Positions 36,056-48,015 of a stretch of 64,000 nt of DNA are shown piece after piece. The stretch is from a virus. Position numbers and translations under genes: made by a program. The notes beneath the pieces are model-generated. The model saw only the letters and a program-made list of their open reading frames with translations. It had not been told where the DNA came from and searched no databases. Where the stretch lies: the IMG/VR virus record IMGVR_UViG_3300037461_000951, positions 47,067 to 111,066 of that record; one strand, given 5' to 3'. Every line of letters begins with the position of its first letter. Within the stretch, counting starts at the first letter, position 1.

Positions 36056-36501
36056 TAATATCTCCGTATGTGCTGTGAATATAGTGTCGTTGCACCATGC
36101 TATTTTATCACAGTTATTTAGATTTTGCAATTTTTAATGTTGTAAATTTAAATCGGTGTCTTGCTGTATAAATGGTCTAACGCTTCATCTACATCTGCTC
36201 CCAAAAATCCACAAGCAAGAAAATTGCTTGTGGATTGGGTTTTATTTAACTTTAATTTTTGGATAAATAGGTATTTTCAGTTGTTTTTTGACGAGATTCA
36301 TTAGTCGTTCTTTTGTTTCAATACCTACTTTAGTTTCCCAGTATGTCGCTTCACACAAAAAACGTAATGCTATATTACGATCTTTTTCAGTGACAATATC
36401 GGTTAATTTAGACAATTCGTCGATGTAGTGTTTAGCATTTCTTGAAATTTTGAAATTATCATATTCTATTCTAATCATCACACAAATATGTTGGAGTTCC
36501 G

Positions 36502-36750
36502 TCATGCGAACTCCTTATTTAAAGTTTCTTCAAGTAGAGAATTAAAAACTTCATCGGAACATGGAGTAAATTCTTTTGCTCCAAATAAACCAAGGTGTTT
36601 GGATGTGGTTTGACTGTATTTTTTCTCGGTTTTAAACCGACCTTCTGGACTGGAAAAAGCCACACAAGTTTCGTATGAAAAGTAAAGAGTGACTTTATCA
36701 ATAATGACTTCTGTGGCATTGTTGCTAATGATTTTTAATTTGACGATCAT
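36502..36750 (-). CDS. Conserved small phage protein
   Basis: LYFSYETCVAF...KYSQTTSKHL motif. Confidence 0.7.
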   Translation of the reverse strand: MIVKLKIISNNATEVIIDKVTLYFSYETCVAFSSPEGRFKTEKKYSQTTSKHLGLFGAKEFTPCSDEVFNSLLEETLNKEFA

Positions 36751-37075
36751 GATTCTAACTCTTGTTTAGCGAATACTTCTGAAAGTGTTTTTAAAACATA
36801 ACTCATTTTATAGTCTTTTAAAATAAGTTCCATAATTCCAGATAATGGTAATGTTTGTAAAAAATAGATGTTTGCTTGTGTAGAAAAACCTTTTCTACTT
36901 ATTTGATAAATTATTGCATCTAATAAATTTGAAATTTCTTCATTTTCTTTGTCGTTTTGTATATGCGAGATTCGCAATAATAGTTCATGAGTTAAAGATT
37001 TGGTTGGTATTTTAATTAAAATATCTTTTACATCTTGTTCAGACAGTTCAATGTCTTTTGTTAAAGTAACCATAC

Positions 37076-37714
37076 TTATATCTCATTTAAAGATTCTGTG
37101 GGTTTGGTGATTTTACGCTTGAGTGGGGTTTTCTTGACAGCGGGTTCTTTAGCGGGTTTCTTTTTAGTTTTAAATTCCAAAACTTCTGCGGTTTTTTGTA
37201 CGGTTACAACATCTGCTACAATTTCTTTAACGGGTTCAGTTACGGGAACATGTGGAGTTAAAACCTCCATGAGTTCTTCTACAATTTCCTTTTGTTGTAA
37301 GCGAAGTTCCAGCATTTTGGAAATTCGTTCTTGAGTTTTTTCATTCTCTTTATCGAAGTTGTTGGGAAGATTTGGAGTGGTGAGTAATGATACACCGCCT
37401 TCGTCCCATCCTTTTGTTCCATGGACTGCCCGTCTTCCGGTGCTGATAATGACTAATGCGGCATCTGGAACAGGTTCTTCCAAACTGAATGCTTTTTTGA
37501 TTTTAGTTAAGAGTGCTTTTGGAATGATTTTTTGTAGTGTGCCTTTTTGATAGTGGTTTAAAACCACATCAAGGATACCTTTGTACTGAGTACCCAAAGC
37601 TCTTTTAGCGAGAAATTGGATTCCTTTGGGTGAAAAAAAATTCTTATCACCTAAAAATTCAATCAATTCTTGTTGTTTAGACAAATTGCGTTGTCCGGTT
37701 TTAACTTCTGACAT
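37076..37714 (-). CDS. Hypothetical protein with Lys/Pro-rich tail
   Basis: Own promoter cassette, GGAGAATTAAC-ATG. Confidence 0.7.
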   Translation of the reverse strand: MSEVKTGQRNLSKQQELIEFLGDKNFFSPKGIQFLAKRALGTQYKGILDVVLNHYQKGTLQKIIPKALLTKIKKAFSLEEPVPDAALVIISTGRRAVHGTKGWDEGGVSLLTTPNLPNNFDKENEKTQERISKMLELRLQQKEIVEELMEVLTPHVPVTEPVKEIVADVVTVQKTAEVLEFKTKKKPAKEPAVKKTPLKRKITKPTESLNEI

Positions 37715-37794
37715 GTTAATTCTCCAGTAAATTTATACAGTTTGGGTTGCTTGGCGCATAGCGATTGTAACACAATGCGCCAGAGTTTTCAATG

Positions 37795-38295
37795 TTAATC
37801 GTCGTACACTATTCTTCCTTGTTTAACGGATACTACATTATCTTTGACTAATATTTTCCAACGATCATCATAATCTTCACCATATGCGGTGAGTTCTCCA
37901 TTACAAATATGGTCGAAGGTGAAATTTACAAAGTATGACGATTCTGAATCTTTTGCTTTTGCATTGGGTTTTAAGAAAGTGTCGATTAAATATCGAATCC
38001 ATTCTTCAGCGTCGTATGTTTTTTCACCTTCATCCCAAATAAGTTCACTTCCATCTTCTGTGGGAATAAAATGGCACCAAATTCCTGGTTGTCCACCTTC
38101 TGGTGAATTAGCATTCATACAATTTGGATCATTAAAAAAAGGTTCAGAATAAACTCTTGATTCATTAATGTAAAATGGACCTTGTTTGCGGGTCATGTGT
38201 CGGGTGTATGCAAACTTAGTCAAATAATCAATTTCAGCTTCATTGAGAGGTGGATTGATATTAATACGGCCTTCAAAATCAGTGTTATAACCCAT
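37795..38295 (-). CDS. Conserved phage protein
   Basis: MGYNTDFEG...QPGIWC...WDEGEK.Y...EWIRYLIDTFL...GE..DDRW. Confidence 0.8.
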   Translation of the reverse strand: MGYNTDFEGRININPPLNEAEIDYLTKFAYTRHMTRKQGPFYINESRVYSEPFFNDPNCMNANSPEGGQPGIWCHFIPTEDGSELIWDEGEKTYDAEEWIRYLIDTFLKPNAKAKDSESSYFVNFTFDHICNGELTAYGEDYDDRWKILVKDNVVSVKQGRIVYDD

Positions 38296-38565
38296 GGTTA
38301 ATCTCCATAATCAAACAATCTGAGCATGGCTCGTTCTAAAATTTCTTCATCGTTGGTAAAGTAAAAGTCGTAATAATCTTCAATAGCTTCTTCTAATTCT
38401 TGTCGATCACAATCTCCTGGTATTTCATGGATACTGAGAATTTCGTGCTCTTCAAATTCGTCAGTGTTTTCTCCATGGACAATTTCAAAAACTACATAAC
38501 GAGACATTGGAGCGAGTAAGTCGGTTATTTCTTCATCGGATTCTAGTGAAAACTGATACAAGCAT

Positions 38566-39108
38566 TTATCCACGGTAGTTTTTTCCTTCAATGGTGAGTG
38601 CTCCATTTTTCTTGAGTAGTTTTTTCTCAATTAATCCTTGTTTTGCAGTTTCCCATCGAGTTTCAGACATGCCAATTTGCTGTCGGCGTGAAATACCAGC
38701 ATAAGAGGCTTTAAATTGTTGAGTTGCTTTAAGACACCGTTTTTCATCTTCAGTTAGTGTTAGTGTTTGTGGATTCGGTAAGAGTTTGTTGATGTTTTCT
38801 TTATTGGTATAAATGAATAAACCGGCATCCTTACCGCAACTGATCATGTGCTCTACCACGGCGTGGTTGGGAGGAATTTCAAAAGAGGCGTGAGCAATTT
38901 TTAGAAATGGATTGGAAGTTTGTGAATCGGGAACTTGAATGTCTCCGGTAGTAAAATTAACGACTTTACAATAACTTCTTGAACCTTCATTCCAATAATT
39001 AGACATGCAATAACTATTGGATTCCACCAATCTAAATTTTTGTCCAGTATAGTCTGTATAGCAGTTTAAAATGGTTTGTGGAATTTCAGCTCTTTTTAAG
39101 TAATACAT
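38566..39108 (-). CDS. Hypothetical protein with C-terminal wHTH-like segment
   Basis: YWNEGSRS..; LIEKKLLKKNGALTIEG. Confidence 0.7.
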   Translation of the reverse strand: MYYLKRAEIPQTILNCYTDYTGQKFRLVESNSYCMSNYWNEGSRSYCKVVNFTTGDIQVPDSQTSNPFLKIAHASFEIPPNHAVVEHMISCGKDAGLFIYTNKENINKLLPNPQTLTLTEDEKRCLKATQQFKASYAGISRRQQIGMSETRWETAKQGLIEKKLLKKNGALTIEGKNYRG

Positions 39109-39180
39109 GTTAATTCTCCATGAGTGTTGGTATATACGCTTACTGGCGTAAGCGTATCATAGCATATTGTTAAAGAGTTT

Positions 39181-39603
39181 TCAAGCAAAAACATCCACGT
39201 AATCTTTCAATGTTCCTTGTTTAAAAGAATCGGAACGAATGATTGTTTCAAGATCTTCAATAAAAGGTTTTAAGTATTCATCGAATGAGATGTGTTGATA
39301 TTCATCAATCCACGTCACTCCATCTGCATAACGAGCCATGCACAATTCTCGGGTGGCTTGTAACGCTTCATCAATACATTCTTCCAGTGTGGGTTTAATA
39401 ATGCAAAGTTCATCGGAATCTACTACATAAGAATTATAATGAGGACTTGGAGCATAAGGAATCCATTCAAATCCTTTTTCTGGATCTCCTAAAAGATGAT
39501 CAGTGATGTACTTTAATTCTTCATCGGTTTCTACATAAGCCCAATCGATAGAGCTTTTGACGTAACAACAAAGCATGACATAGCAAGGTGTTTTCATGAT
39601 CAA
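39181..39603 (-). CDS. Hypothetical protein
   Basis: 140 aa acidic ORF. Confidence 0.6.
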   Translation of the reverse strand: MIMKTPCYVMLCCYVKSSIDWAYVETDEELKYITDHLLGDPEKGFEWIPYAPSPHYNSYVVDSDELCIIKPTLEECIDEALQATRELCMARYADGVTWIDEYQHISFDEYLKPFIEDLETIIRSDSFKQGTLKDYVDVFA

Positions 39604-40264
39604 ACGTCCAGTGGCATGGTAGGATAACCATAGTTGTCTAAAGATTCATTAACGGATTCAGCTAAATCTGAAAAGTCATCATCCGGTGACATTTCTCTAA
39701 ATTCATCACGCCATTCTTTTAATTCTTGTAATAGTCCATCTTCTAAATCTAAACGGAATGCCCAAATGGGGGAAAAAAAGGAAATAAATTCTTGTCGTGT
39801 CATATTGTTCTCCTTACGGTAATTTTCTGGCTGCGGTGGCAATTTTCCAGCAGTGTCTTCGATACAAAGCGAGGTTCAATGTGTTACTCCATCCATGGAG
39901 AGTGGCTGACCAGAGTGGGATATTGAGTGCTTCCTGTCTGGATGATGTTTTCCACATCTTATAGTCAAAACGAACAGATGTTAAATGATAACCTGAAGCT
40001 TTTAGAGCTTGTGTGTATTTTGACATTAAAATTCTCCATACGCCGTCCTTGGCGTTGACTGCTCAGTAAGTTGTTTTTACGTAGTTATCTGACCATGGAC
40101 CTACTTTGTAAGTTCTTTGACAGTTGGCGGGTTTTGAACATGTTTTTGAACTGGCTTCTGGATTACTGCAATGTTCTTTGGCATGTTTTTGTGTGACAAA
40201 AGTGCGTAAAACGCGCTCTTTTTTAGCATCGTGATAATAGCGAACAATTTTATATGTGTATTTT

Positions 40265-40591
40265 TTATTCATCAAACAGTTCCTTTTTCCAGTTTTCAAA
40301 CCATTCTTCATTAACGAGAGTGTTAATTCGAGTTTCAACTCCGTCAGTGAGGCTATTACCGTATACCTCCCATGCACTGTCTGGATCTTCCATCGAATTT
40401 AATTCATGAGCAAAAAATTCAAACGGTGAGTAAGACCTGTAGTTATCGTCAGCTTGCCAAACTAATGTATAAATGGAGTCTATGTAATCTTCATAGTCCA
40501 TATCTTTGGTGATTTTGACATCTTTGTAGTTATACGTGACTAAGTCTTGTCCAACGGAATAGCCTTTTTGATAAATAAAATCGTTGTCCAT
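40265..40591 (-). CDS. Hypothetical protein
   Basis: RSYSPFEFFAHELN motif; promoter cassette. Confidence 0.7.
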   Translation of the reverse strand: MDNDFIYQKGYSVGQDLVTYNYKDVKITKDMDYEDYIDSIYTLVWQADDNYRSYSPFEFFAHELNSMEDPDSAWEVYGNSLTDGVETRINTLVNEEWFENWKKELFDE

Positions 40592-41355
40592 GTTAATCTC
40601 CAGTATGGTGAACGTGTGGCGCTTGTTGCGCAAAATCATTTTATCATAATAAATAAGAATTTGCAATTATAATTGCAAATAATCTTTTTTGGATACGGGT
40701 TTAGTTTTACCTGAACAATAGTATTCTAGTTGGAGTTGCATACAAAATTCGTCAGTGACAGGTTGTGTAGTATTTTCATTTTTATGAAACATCTTTTTAC
40801 ATTTTGGACAAATCGCCCAATTTTTTAAGAATTGTTTTAATGACGGTTTATTCATTTCTATACCTTAAATTTATATGTTTTAATAGATTTAATAGTGATG
40901 GATTGATCAGGGAAATGATGTGTATAAGCATCAAAAAGAGCTTGCTGAACTTTTGGATTCAAAGTTTCAGTATTTTCAATGAGTTTTAAGACATTGACGA
41001 AAAAATTAATTGTATCTTTTTTGGAAATTTCTTCCAATGCGGAGTTTTTCATGTTAAAAATCCTCTAATTTAGAGTTGCAATCTTTCATTAATTTTGCAA
41101 AGTAATCAGCCCAAGAAGGATAGCCTAATTCCCAAGCAACACATTCTCTGACCATGGCTGCGGGTTGCATTTTAAGAATTTGTTCATCCTTGCTATTATT
41201 ATTGCTGTCTAAATTCTTTCGTTGTCTTAATATTTCTATGATGTGTAGTGGAATTGTCATTTTAATCTCCAATCAATGTGCGATACAGCATTCGTTGCCA
41301 CGAATGCAGTTTAGCATATTTTTGAAGGTATTACAATCAAATTGTGGAGGTGTTT

Positions 41356-41817
41356 ATGTTGTATAAATCCGAATCTGGTCATATTTACGAAGAAAAAACA
41401 TGTGAATTGTGTCAGCATCAATTTTTTTATCGACGAGATTGTAATGATGAATGTCCCATTTGCAAACGCAAAAGACGTTTGTCCAAACCTGATTTAACCG
41501 ATCCTGCCATAAAAAGAACATATAGTAGTTATTACAGTATGTTGTCTCGATGTACGAATACGAATCATAAAGATTATCCCAATTATGGAGGACGGGGGGT
41601 GATGGTTCAACCTGAATGGATCGAATCTTTTGATCAGTTTTTAGCCGATGTGGGATTAAGACCTGAACATACCAGTTTAGATCGAATTTCTCCCAACAAA
41701 CATTACACAAAAGATAATGTTCGTTGGGCGAATCAGCACGTACAGAACACAAATAAACGCAAAAAGTTCCAAGGTCTTTGGAGTAAAGTCTTAAAACCCC
41801 AAGCTGAAAAATTTTAA
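41356..41817 (+). CDS. HNH-type homing endonuclease inserted against the local gene orientation
   Basis: YSMLSRC.N..HKDYPNYGGRGV.V..EW..SF.QFLADVG.RP...SLDRI....HY...NVRWA; GGAGG RBS. Confidence 0.85.
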   Translation: MLYKSESGHIYEEKTCELCQHQFFYRRDCNDECPICKRKRRLSKPDLTDPAIKRTYSSYYSMLSRCTNTNHKDYPNYGGRGVMVQPEWIESFDQFLADVGLRPEHTSLDRISPNKHYTKDNVRWANQHVQNTNKRKKFQGLWSKVLKPQAEKF

Positions 41818-42024
41818 TCAGGATATTCTTCTATGTGATCTTCACAGTTGTAATCAACAATGCTTGGATCTTTTTCAAAAAGAATTTTATATAAACCTGT
41901 GGTACACATGGCATCTTCAATGATGTCTGCATCTACGCCTTGTAACTCATTGGGCGTAAAAATAGCCAGTGCAAAGCCTTTGTTTCTTAATTCAGTGATG
42001 GCATTTTCAATGTGGGGAGGATAT

Positions 42025-42435
42025 TTAATCATTTTGATGCTCCATTAAGATGAGTGTGTTTTCTAGTAATTTGATCATGTCGGTGGGATCATTGAAAGAT
42101 CCAATATATGTATCATTGCAAGTCACACTGTGTATTCTGACGATGGGACAGTATTCATCGGTTTCATCAGAATAACAATCGCAATCGTCATCGGGAGCTA
42201 TGTCAGAGTATTTTTTACATAAGGCGCAATTACGTCCATCGAAGTGTAAATTTTCACCTGTTACAACGCCGAATAACGCATGTTGTCTGTATCTGACATC
42301 ATGCTTTTCACAATTTTCGGGTAAGGCCCCTTTCCATTTTTGGATGCTGTGTTTTAAACATTCTTCATCGGTTTTATTGGTATAGTCAGCAGCATCTATC
42401 GGATAAAATTCTTTTATCCAAGTATCGAATGACAT
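42025..42435 (-). CDS. Cys-rich hypothetical protein
   Basis: HSIQKW.G...CALCKKY...C.C...CPI. Confidence 0.65.
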   Translation of the reverse strand: MSFDTWIKEFYPIDAADYTNKTDEECLKHSIQKWKGALPENCEKHDVRYRQHALFGVVTGENLHFDGRNCALCKKYSDIAPDDDCDCYSDETDEYCPIVRIHSVTCNDTYIGSFNDPTDMIKLLENTLILMEHQND

Positions 42436-43549
42436 AAAATTCTCCATTAAAGAGTTTTTAGAATGTGAATGACTTTTTCAAGAATATGGATGCGTTCTTC
42501 CATCCATTCTATGGTAGTGTCATCAGCATAAGGTATGTGTCTATTTAAATGTTTTTTAGCGCTTTCTAAATCATCATAAATCTTTTTTATGTTATTTTGG
42601 TACCTTTGTATTTCAGCTTGAGCAAATTTTAAACGTTCTTCAATGGAATAAAATGGATTTTCCCATAAATTGAGCATAAAGATTCCTTAAAGTTCTTTCA
42701 ATTTGGTTTTTACGGTTTCAAGATTACATGTCGCCCATGTGGTTTTCTGATCCGTTTGTCGATAAGTAAATCTCATTGGTCTTTTACCGACAAATCCGAA
42801 CCAAATATCTCTATCTGATTCTTTTTCTACAATTCCTTTACAGTATGTTAAATCTAATTGCAGTTTGATTTCCAAACTTTTAAAAACATCGTAAGGAATG
42901 ATTGCCAGCAGTGTTGTTTTTTTGTCTGGTTTAAACATTGGCATCTTCCGTAAAGTGGATATGGTCAAAATCGCTTGACGCATTTATTTTAGCATGGATT
43001 CGAAGATATTACAAGTGGAATTTAATGTTTGACGATGAATGTGTAGGCACGTGTGTCTAGATGCTTAATCCGTCTGGTAAGCGGTCAAATCGGTCATTTT
43101 AGCGACTTTCTAACGACTCCAGTATCCCAACAACCCCTGGGTGGGAAAGTTGCTCAAATCGTCTCACAGGCGGTTTTTTGGATAGATAAAATTTCAACAG
43201 AACTTTTTTGTCTGGCCCCAAAAAGGCGGGGCTGTGCAGCAAAATCTGCCGAACAGCCCCGCCTTTACAGCATGGAGAATTTAATCAACGTCTAGCCAAC
43301 TATCTTCATTATCGAATAGTTTGGTTTTTTCAAACACCTCAAGTTGGAAATCATGAATTTCTTGAAAATCTCCAGCATAAGCCTTACACCATTTTTTTAC
43401 CAATTCTGGTTCTTCAAACAAATTGTATAAGTAATCTGCATCTTCTTGTTTTAAGGTGTAAATATAAGAGCATGGCTGATTGTACCAACCAATTCCCACC
43501 ACAATGAGTCGATTCTCGTAGTATTGAACTAACATATCAATTCTCCCAA

Positions 43550-44107
43550 TTAATTGAACAAATCCATATCACGAAGATAGTCATACACATCGGGGGGAAT
43601 TTCATCGTCTCGACGTGCTGCAAAGATACTATCATCGGTTTTGCGGCAGTATTCCATTCGCTCTTCTAGTGTGCAATCTTGCCAAAATTGATAAATGGCT
43701 TCATCTTGACGCTGGGAATAATCATCGTCATCTAAAATGGGATATTCGTTCTTTAAATAGTGGTACAGTTCATCGGCCTTTTCAATCAGCTCTTGTGGAG
43801 CATCTTCACGAATCATTAAATATTCTACCCAACCCACTGCCCAATGGGAAGCGGACCAGACGTACAGCCAATCACTTGGAAGTTCTTCCTCTTCCCCATA
43901 ATACGTTCTTTTGTAACGAGTGTTGGGTTTTGGTAAGTCTTCAATGATAGTTTCTAATTCTTGTTGTAAACATTCCCAATTGGATTCTGTTAGTAGTGTG
44001 GAATCTCTATGGCGGGAATATAAAACATAATCTCCAACGGGATCAAAACCAAAATAAGAATCGGGAGTTGTCCACTTTGGTAAGGTGATTTGTGTGGCTG
44101 TGTTCAT
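43550..44107 (-). CDS. Conserved acidic phage protein
   Basis: RDS.LL.ESNW...ASHWAVGWVEYL...YPILDDDDYS. Confidence 0.75.
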   Translation of the reverse strand: MNTATQITLPKWTTPDSYFGFDPVGDYVLYSRHRDSTLLTESNWECLQQELETIIEDLPKPNTRYKRTYYGEEEELPSDWLYVWSASHWAVGWVEYLMIREDAPQELIEKADELYHYLKNEYPILDDDDYSQRQDEAIYQFWQDCTLEERMEYCRKTDDSIFAARRDDEIPPDVYDYLRDMDLFN

Positions 44108-44178
44108 GCTTTTTTCTCCATGAGTTTGAATGGCTTGCGGCTTTTTGCCGCAAACGCAGTATAACACAGTTTTAAAGA

Positions 44179-44649
44179 TTAAGCAATCACAAAATGATTG
44201 ATTGCTAAGAGTGCTGTATCAATAGTCATGTTAAGTTCTGGAATAACAAAACCATCCGTACCAAAGCCATAATAATCTTCAATGACAGCTTTATAAACAT
44301 GGCCTAATTCTGCCATTTCAGAATCTTCAAATTTAATATTTTTCCAGCATTCTACATTGAAAATCTGTCCAATCATTCGTTCTCCGGGACTGGGAAGATC
44401 AAATGAATCTGTTTCGCAAATGGCGTTATACCAATTGAGTAGACGTATGGCTTCATCTGTGTTGGGAGGAAAAGGCGCTTCATAGTGATGAAACATGAAG
44501 ATTGCATAACATGGATCATTTAGTCCAATACAGCTACCTTGTGGGTAAGTATATGCTGTTTTCTCATCTTTAATTTCCAAACTCTCATCTTCCATAATTT
44601 CAGCCATGAAGGTTTCATTCGTGCGGTTATCTACCAATGGGATATACAT
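44179..44649 (-). CDS. Hypothetical protein
   Basis: 156 aa acidic ORF. Confidence 0.6.
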   Translation of the reverse strand: MYIPLVDNRTNETFMAEIMEDESLEIKDEKTAYTYPQGSCIGLNDPCYAIFMFHHYEAPFPPNTDEAIRLLNWYNAICETDSFDLPSPGERMIGQIFNVECWKNIKFEDSEMAELGHVYKAVIEDYYGFGTDGFVIPELNMTIDTALLAINHFVIA

Positions 44650-44650
44650 G

Positions 44651-44923
44651 CTAAGGTCTCCAATTAATTTTCATGCGTTTCTTCATTTTTAATTGACAGT
44701 TATAAAGGTTTTCATAAACCTTTTTTACGTATTCAGTTTCATCTTCAGTGGCTAGTCGTGTCTTTTTAACCACTCCTTGGGGATCACCTTCCCCATGTTG
44801 TCCAATTTCTTCCCACATATCTACGGTGTAATTGTGTGGATTAATTTCTTTTGGAAAGATTAAAATGGGAGTCTTGGGTTTAATCTTCCATACGCGGCAT
44901 ACCGCTTCTAATGGTGTGTTCAT
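44651..44923 (-). CDS. Conserved small phage protein
   Basis: IFP...IGQHGEGD...TRLAT.DE motif. Confidence 0.65.
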   Translation of the reverse strand: MNTPLEAVCRVWKIKPKTPILIFPKEINPHNYTVDMWEEIGQHGEGDPQGVVKKTRLATEDETEYVKKVYENLYNCQLKMKKRMKINWRP

Positions 44924-45426
44924 AGATCATTAACATTGATACAAGTGTAGGTATCACCACCGAATTCAAATTCTACCATGGCTCCATCATGTTCAAATTC
45001 TTCAGCAATTTTTTCATAGTCAATGTAATTTCGAATTGATGAAGATACATCATATATTTCATTGAACATGTCATACGCAGCATCAAACAAAGTTCCACGA
45101 TGGAGATATACATCGTCAACTTTATTTATGGCATCTTTTAGTGAAATACTCACATTGTTATCCAACAAGAAAAACAATCGGGGCCAATCACTCTCATCCA
45201 TGTTTTCAATGACATCAAGCACATCTTGTAAATTGCCTTGATTGACTCCAATGGTTTGGACTAATTCAATTTCTTCACGATTACCATCGATGATCTCAAT
45301 TGAGAATTCTTCAACGGGGAATTTATATTCTTTTTCAAGCTCTTCAACACCCTCTTCAAACTCATCATACGTTTCAAAGTAAAATCCAGTGACATCTGCA
45401 TTATACGGATTGGCGTAAAATTTCAT
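44920..45426 (-). CDS. ardA: Antirestriction protein ArdA-like (DNA mimic)
   Basis: Highly acidic; FYANPYN..VTGFYF...EEFSIEIIDG...IRNYIDYEKIAEEFEHDG. Confidence 0.75.
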   Translation of the reverse strand: MKFYANPYNADVTGFYFETYDEFEEGVEELEKEYKFPVEEFSIEIIDGNREEIELVQTIGVNQGNLQDVLDVIENMDESDWPRLFFLLDNNVSISLKDAINKVDDVYLHRGTLFDAAYDMFNEIYDVSSSIRNYIDYEKIAEEFEHDGAMVEFEFGGDTYTCINVNDL

Positions 45427-46284
45427 CTTGAGTTTCCTTAAATGGTGGTCTCTTCGATGTTAGCGAATGGCAATTCTTGTGGATGTTCCCATTGAGACAC
45501 AACGGTATCGTTGAGTTGTTCTTCAATAATATCTCTGACTCCGTAAATGTTGAGCAATTCAATGGGCGAAAGATTGGCGAGTTCATAATACAAATTTTTC
45601 ATGAATTCTTCATCACTCATTTGATGATAAGGTTGCATTTTAAATTCTCCGGTGATTGCCATCCTTGGCATAACGATGTTAAATACAAGGCATCCAACGC
45701 TCATATTGAGCAATTTCTTTGCAAATACGTGCAGCAATCTTACACGCTTGTTCATTACGAAGGTCGTAATATTGATTTTCGTATTGATCATTCAACCCTT
45801 CGATGTACTTCAAACACAGTTCCATCTTGGCTTGGAGTAATGTACGATGGTCTCTGAGCATTAAATCAGCTAATTCTTGCATGTCTTCACGACATCCCGC
45901 ATTGACAATACGGCTAATTCCTTCAGCCGTGGTTTTAATCAATTCTTTTAGTTCGTCATGAGTCATGTTTATTCTCCAGTATTGTCGGAATAATCATCAT
46001 AACAATCTTCAACATGATTTTTGATGTGGATGTCTTTAACTTTCTGGGGTGCATCCAGTTGCGCAATGATCTCGTAATTGTATTGTTGTAAAAATCTCCC
46101 ATAAAGATGGGGATTTTCATCCACATGATTAAAGTTGACACCTGCTGGATGCAGTTCATTCCAATTCTTCATAACATCATCAAGTAAACTCATACTGAAT
46201 TCTCCAAAGTTTGAGTGGTTGCTACCATGCTGGCGCATGGCAATCATAACACAGTATGGAAGATTAATCAAATAATTTATTGAA

Positions 46285-46671
46285 TTAATCTTCCGGTGTA
46301 TATAAACCGATTTCAACGGCATCTTGATGCGTAATTAAGCATTTACGCGCTTTTAAAATCTCTTTACTGGCGGATTCGTTCAGTAATCTTTTTACCGCGT
46401 CTTCCGTGACGACCCAATGGGGACCTGTTGGGTATGCTCCGTTGAGAGGCGGTTGTTTGTGCGTGTTAGGCGTTGTGGATACCTCAATGATGAGAATGCC
46501 TTGATTAAATAGTTCTTGGCATTTTTTACAAGGTTCATAGTTTGTTACTATTTTAAGGGGTGATTCATCTTTATAAGCGTTTCCCAATAAAGCAATTTCT
46601 CCAGTGCTTTCTCCACACCAAAAGCACTGGCACATCGTAGGATTTAATCCGTATTCTTTATGAAGTTTCAT
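46285..46671 (-). CDS. Zn-binding phage protein
   Basis: GLNPT...CFWCG...IALLG...YEPCKKC...PTG. Confidence 0.7.
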   Translation of the reverse strand: MKLHKEYGLNPTMCQCFWCGESTGEIALLGNAYKDESPLKIVTNYEPCKKCQELFNQGILIIEVSTTPNTHKQPPLNGAYPTGPHWVVTEDAVKRLLNESASKEILKARKCLITHQDAVEIGLYTPED

Positions 46672-46895
46672 TGAAATTCTCCGTTTGTTTGATTTCTAAC
46701 ACCACCCACATATTGCGAGAATTCAATTCACATTGAATTTCTTGCATGGTGATCATCCATTCTTTGTAGCCAATTTCGGCATGATTAATGGATTCTGGCA
46801 AATGGTAAAAATGAGCTTTGGCCCATTCTACTAATGCATCTGTGGGTATCCAATCTAAAATAATATCTTTTTTTTCATAAGCCATGGGAGTTTCC

Positions 46896-47420
46896 TTAAA
46901 CTCTGACAGTAAGTGCCATGAGCTTCTGCATGATGGCTTTACATTCGTGGGGATAAAAGGCGGTATTGATCCCCAATAACCAATCTCGGTAATTTCCGAT
47001 ATTCCAATTATCATTGGAGTCAATTTTAAAGAGTAGCATTGCATCTGCTAAAGTGCTCGGAAAAAAGACATTGGCATTTTTAAACGGTTCTAACAATTTT
47101 TGATACAATGCTTCTCCACGATCATCTAATTTTACAATTTCAGTCCAATTAAATTTTGTGGGTTTGAGATCAATTGTACATGCAAACAGTGGATCAGCTC
47201 TTGGTGTATCATAGTCTCGTGTACCGCAATAACCCGTAATATAATACGGCATACCTAATTTGGTTAATTCCGTATTAATGGAATCCATAAGCAGATTTAT
47301 GGGGAAGTTGGGTATGTTTTGTACAGCATGGTTGATGATATGTTCTGTTGCGGAGCAACCATGTGATTCTTCAACATCATTTAAAATTTGTGTTAAACTT
47401 TTTAGTATTTCTGTGGACAT
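46896..47420 (-). CDS. Hypothetical protein
   Basis: Promoter cassette, GGAGAATAGC-ATG. Confidence 0.65.
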   Translation of the reverse strand: MSTEILKSLTQILNDVEESHGCSATEHIINHAVQNIPNFPINLLMDSINTELTKLGMPYYITGYCGTRDYDTPRADPLFACTIDLKPTKFNWTEIVKLDDRGEALYQKLLEPFKNANVFFPSTLADAMLLFKIDSNDNWNIGNYRDWLLGINTAFYPHECKAIMQKLMALTVRV

Positions 47421-48015
47421 GCTATTCTCCAATTGTGTTGGGTTGTGTAAATCCGCTGGACGGATGAAGTTTAGCACACTTTTTAAGAATGTGCAATATG
47501 CAATGGTTGTAATTCTTTGATTTTCCAATGGACTTCTTTATTGATAAAGCGCAAATCTTCCACACGCATGGGAAGTTTATACAACTTAAAAGAGCGATTG
47601 ATTTCTTTAATAGCCCAGTCTTTATCTTCGAGAGATAGTTCAAAATTAGTCAGTATGAATTCTGCTGCACAGTCGGGATGACCGTTGATCTTTTTGATCA
47701 CTTCCCCTGGGGTTAAAAAGTTCATGAGAGACTCCTTTAAAAAAAGGAACATGATACTACGGATATTGCATTGCAGCAAAGGCTAATTGCTGCAATGCAA
47801 CTTTTTGCTATGAGGTGGCTGCCCGTAATTGAGATATTTCATGAAGAAGTTGTGGATTTTTACGGAGGATTTGTGGATACAGTGGTTCGTGTCTGGATAG
47901 CTGCTCTTCTGCTTTCTTCAGCTTTTTTAAGCCTTTGAGCATTCGCTCATGATTCCGAAACATGAGGTTGGTCATGCGTCGATCACGACGCTCTTTGTTC
48001 TTGACATAGTAAAAT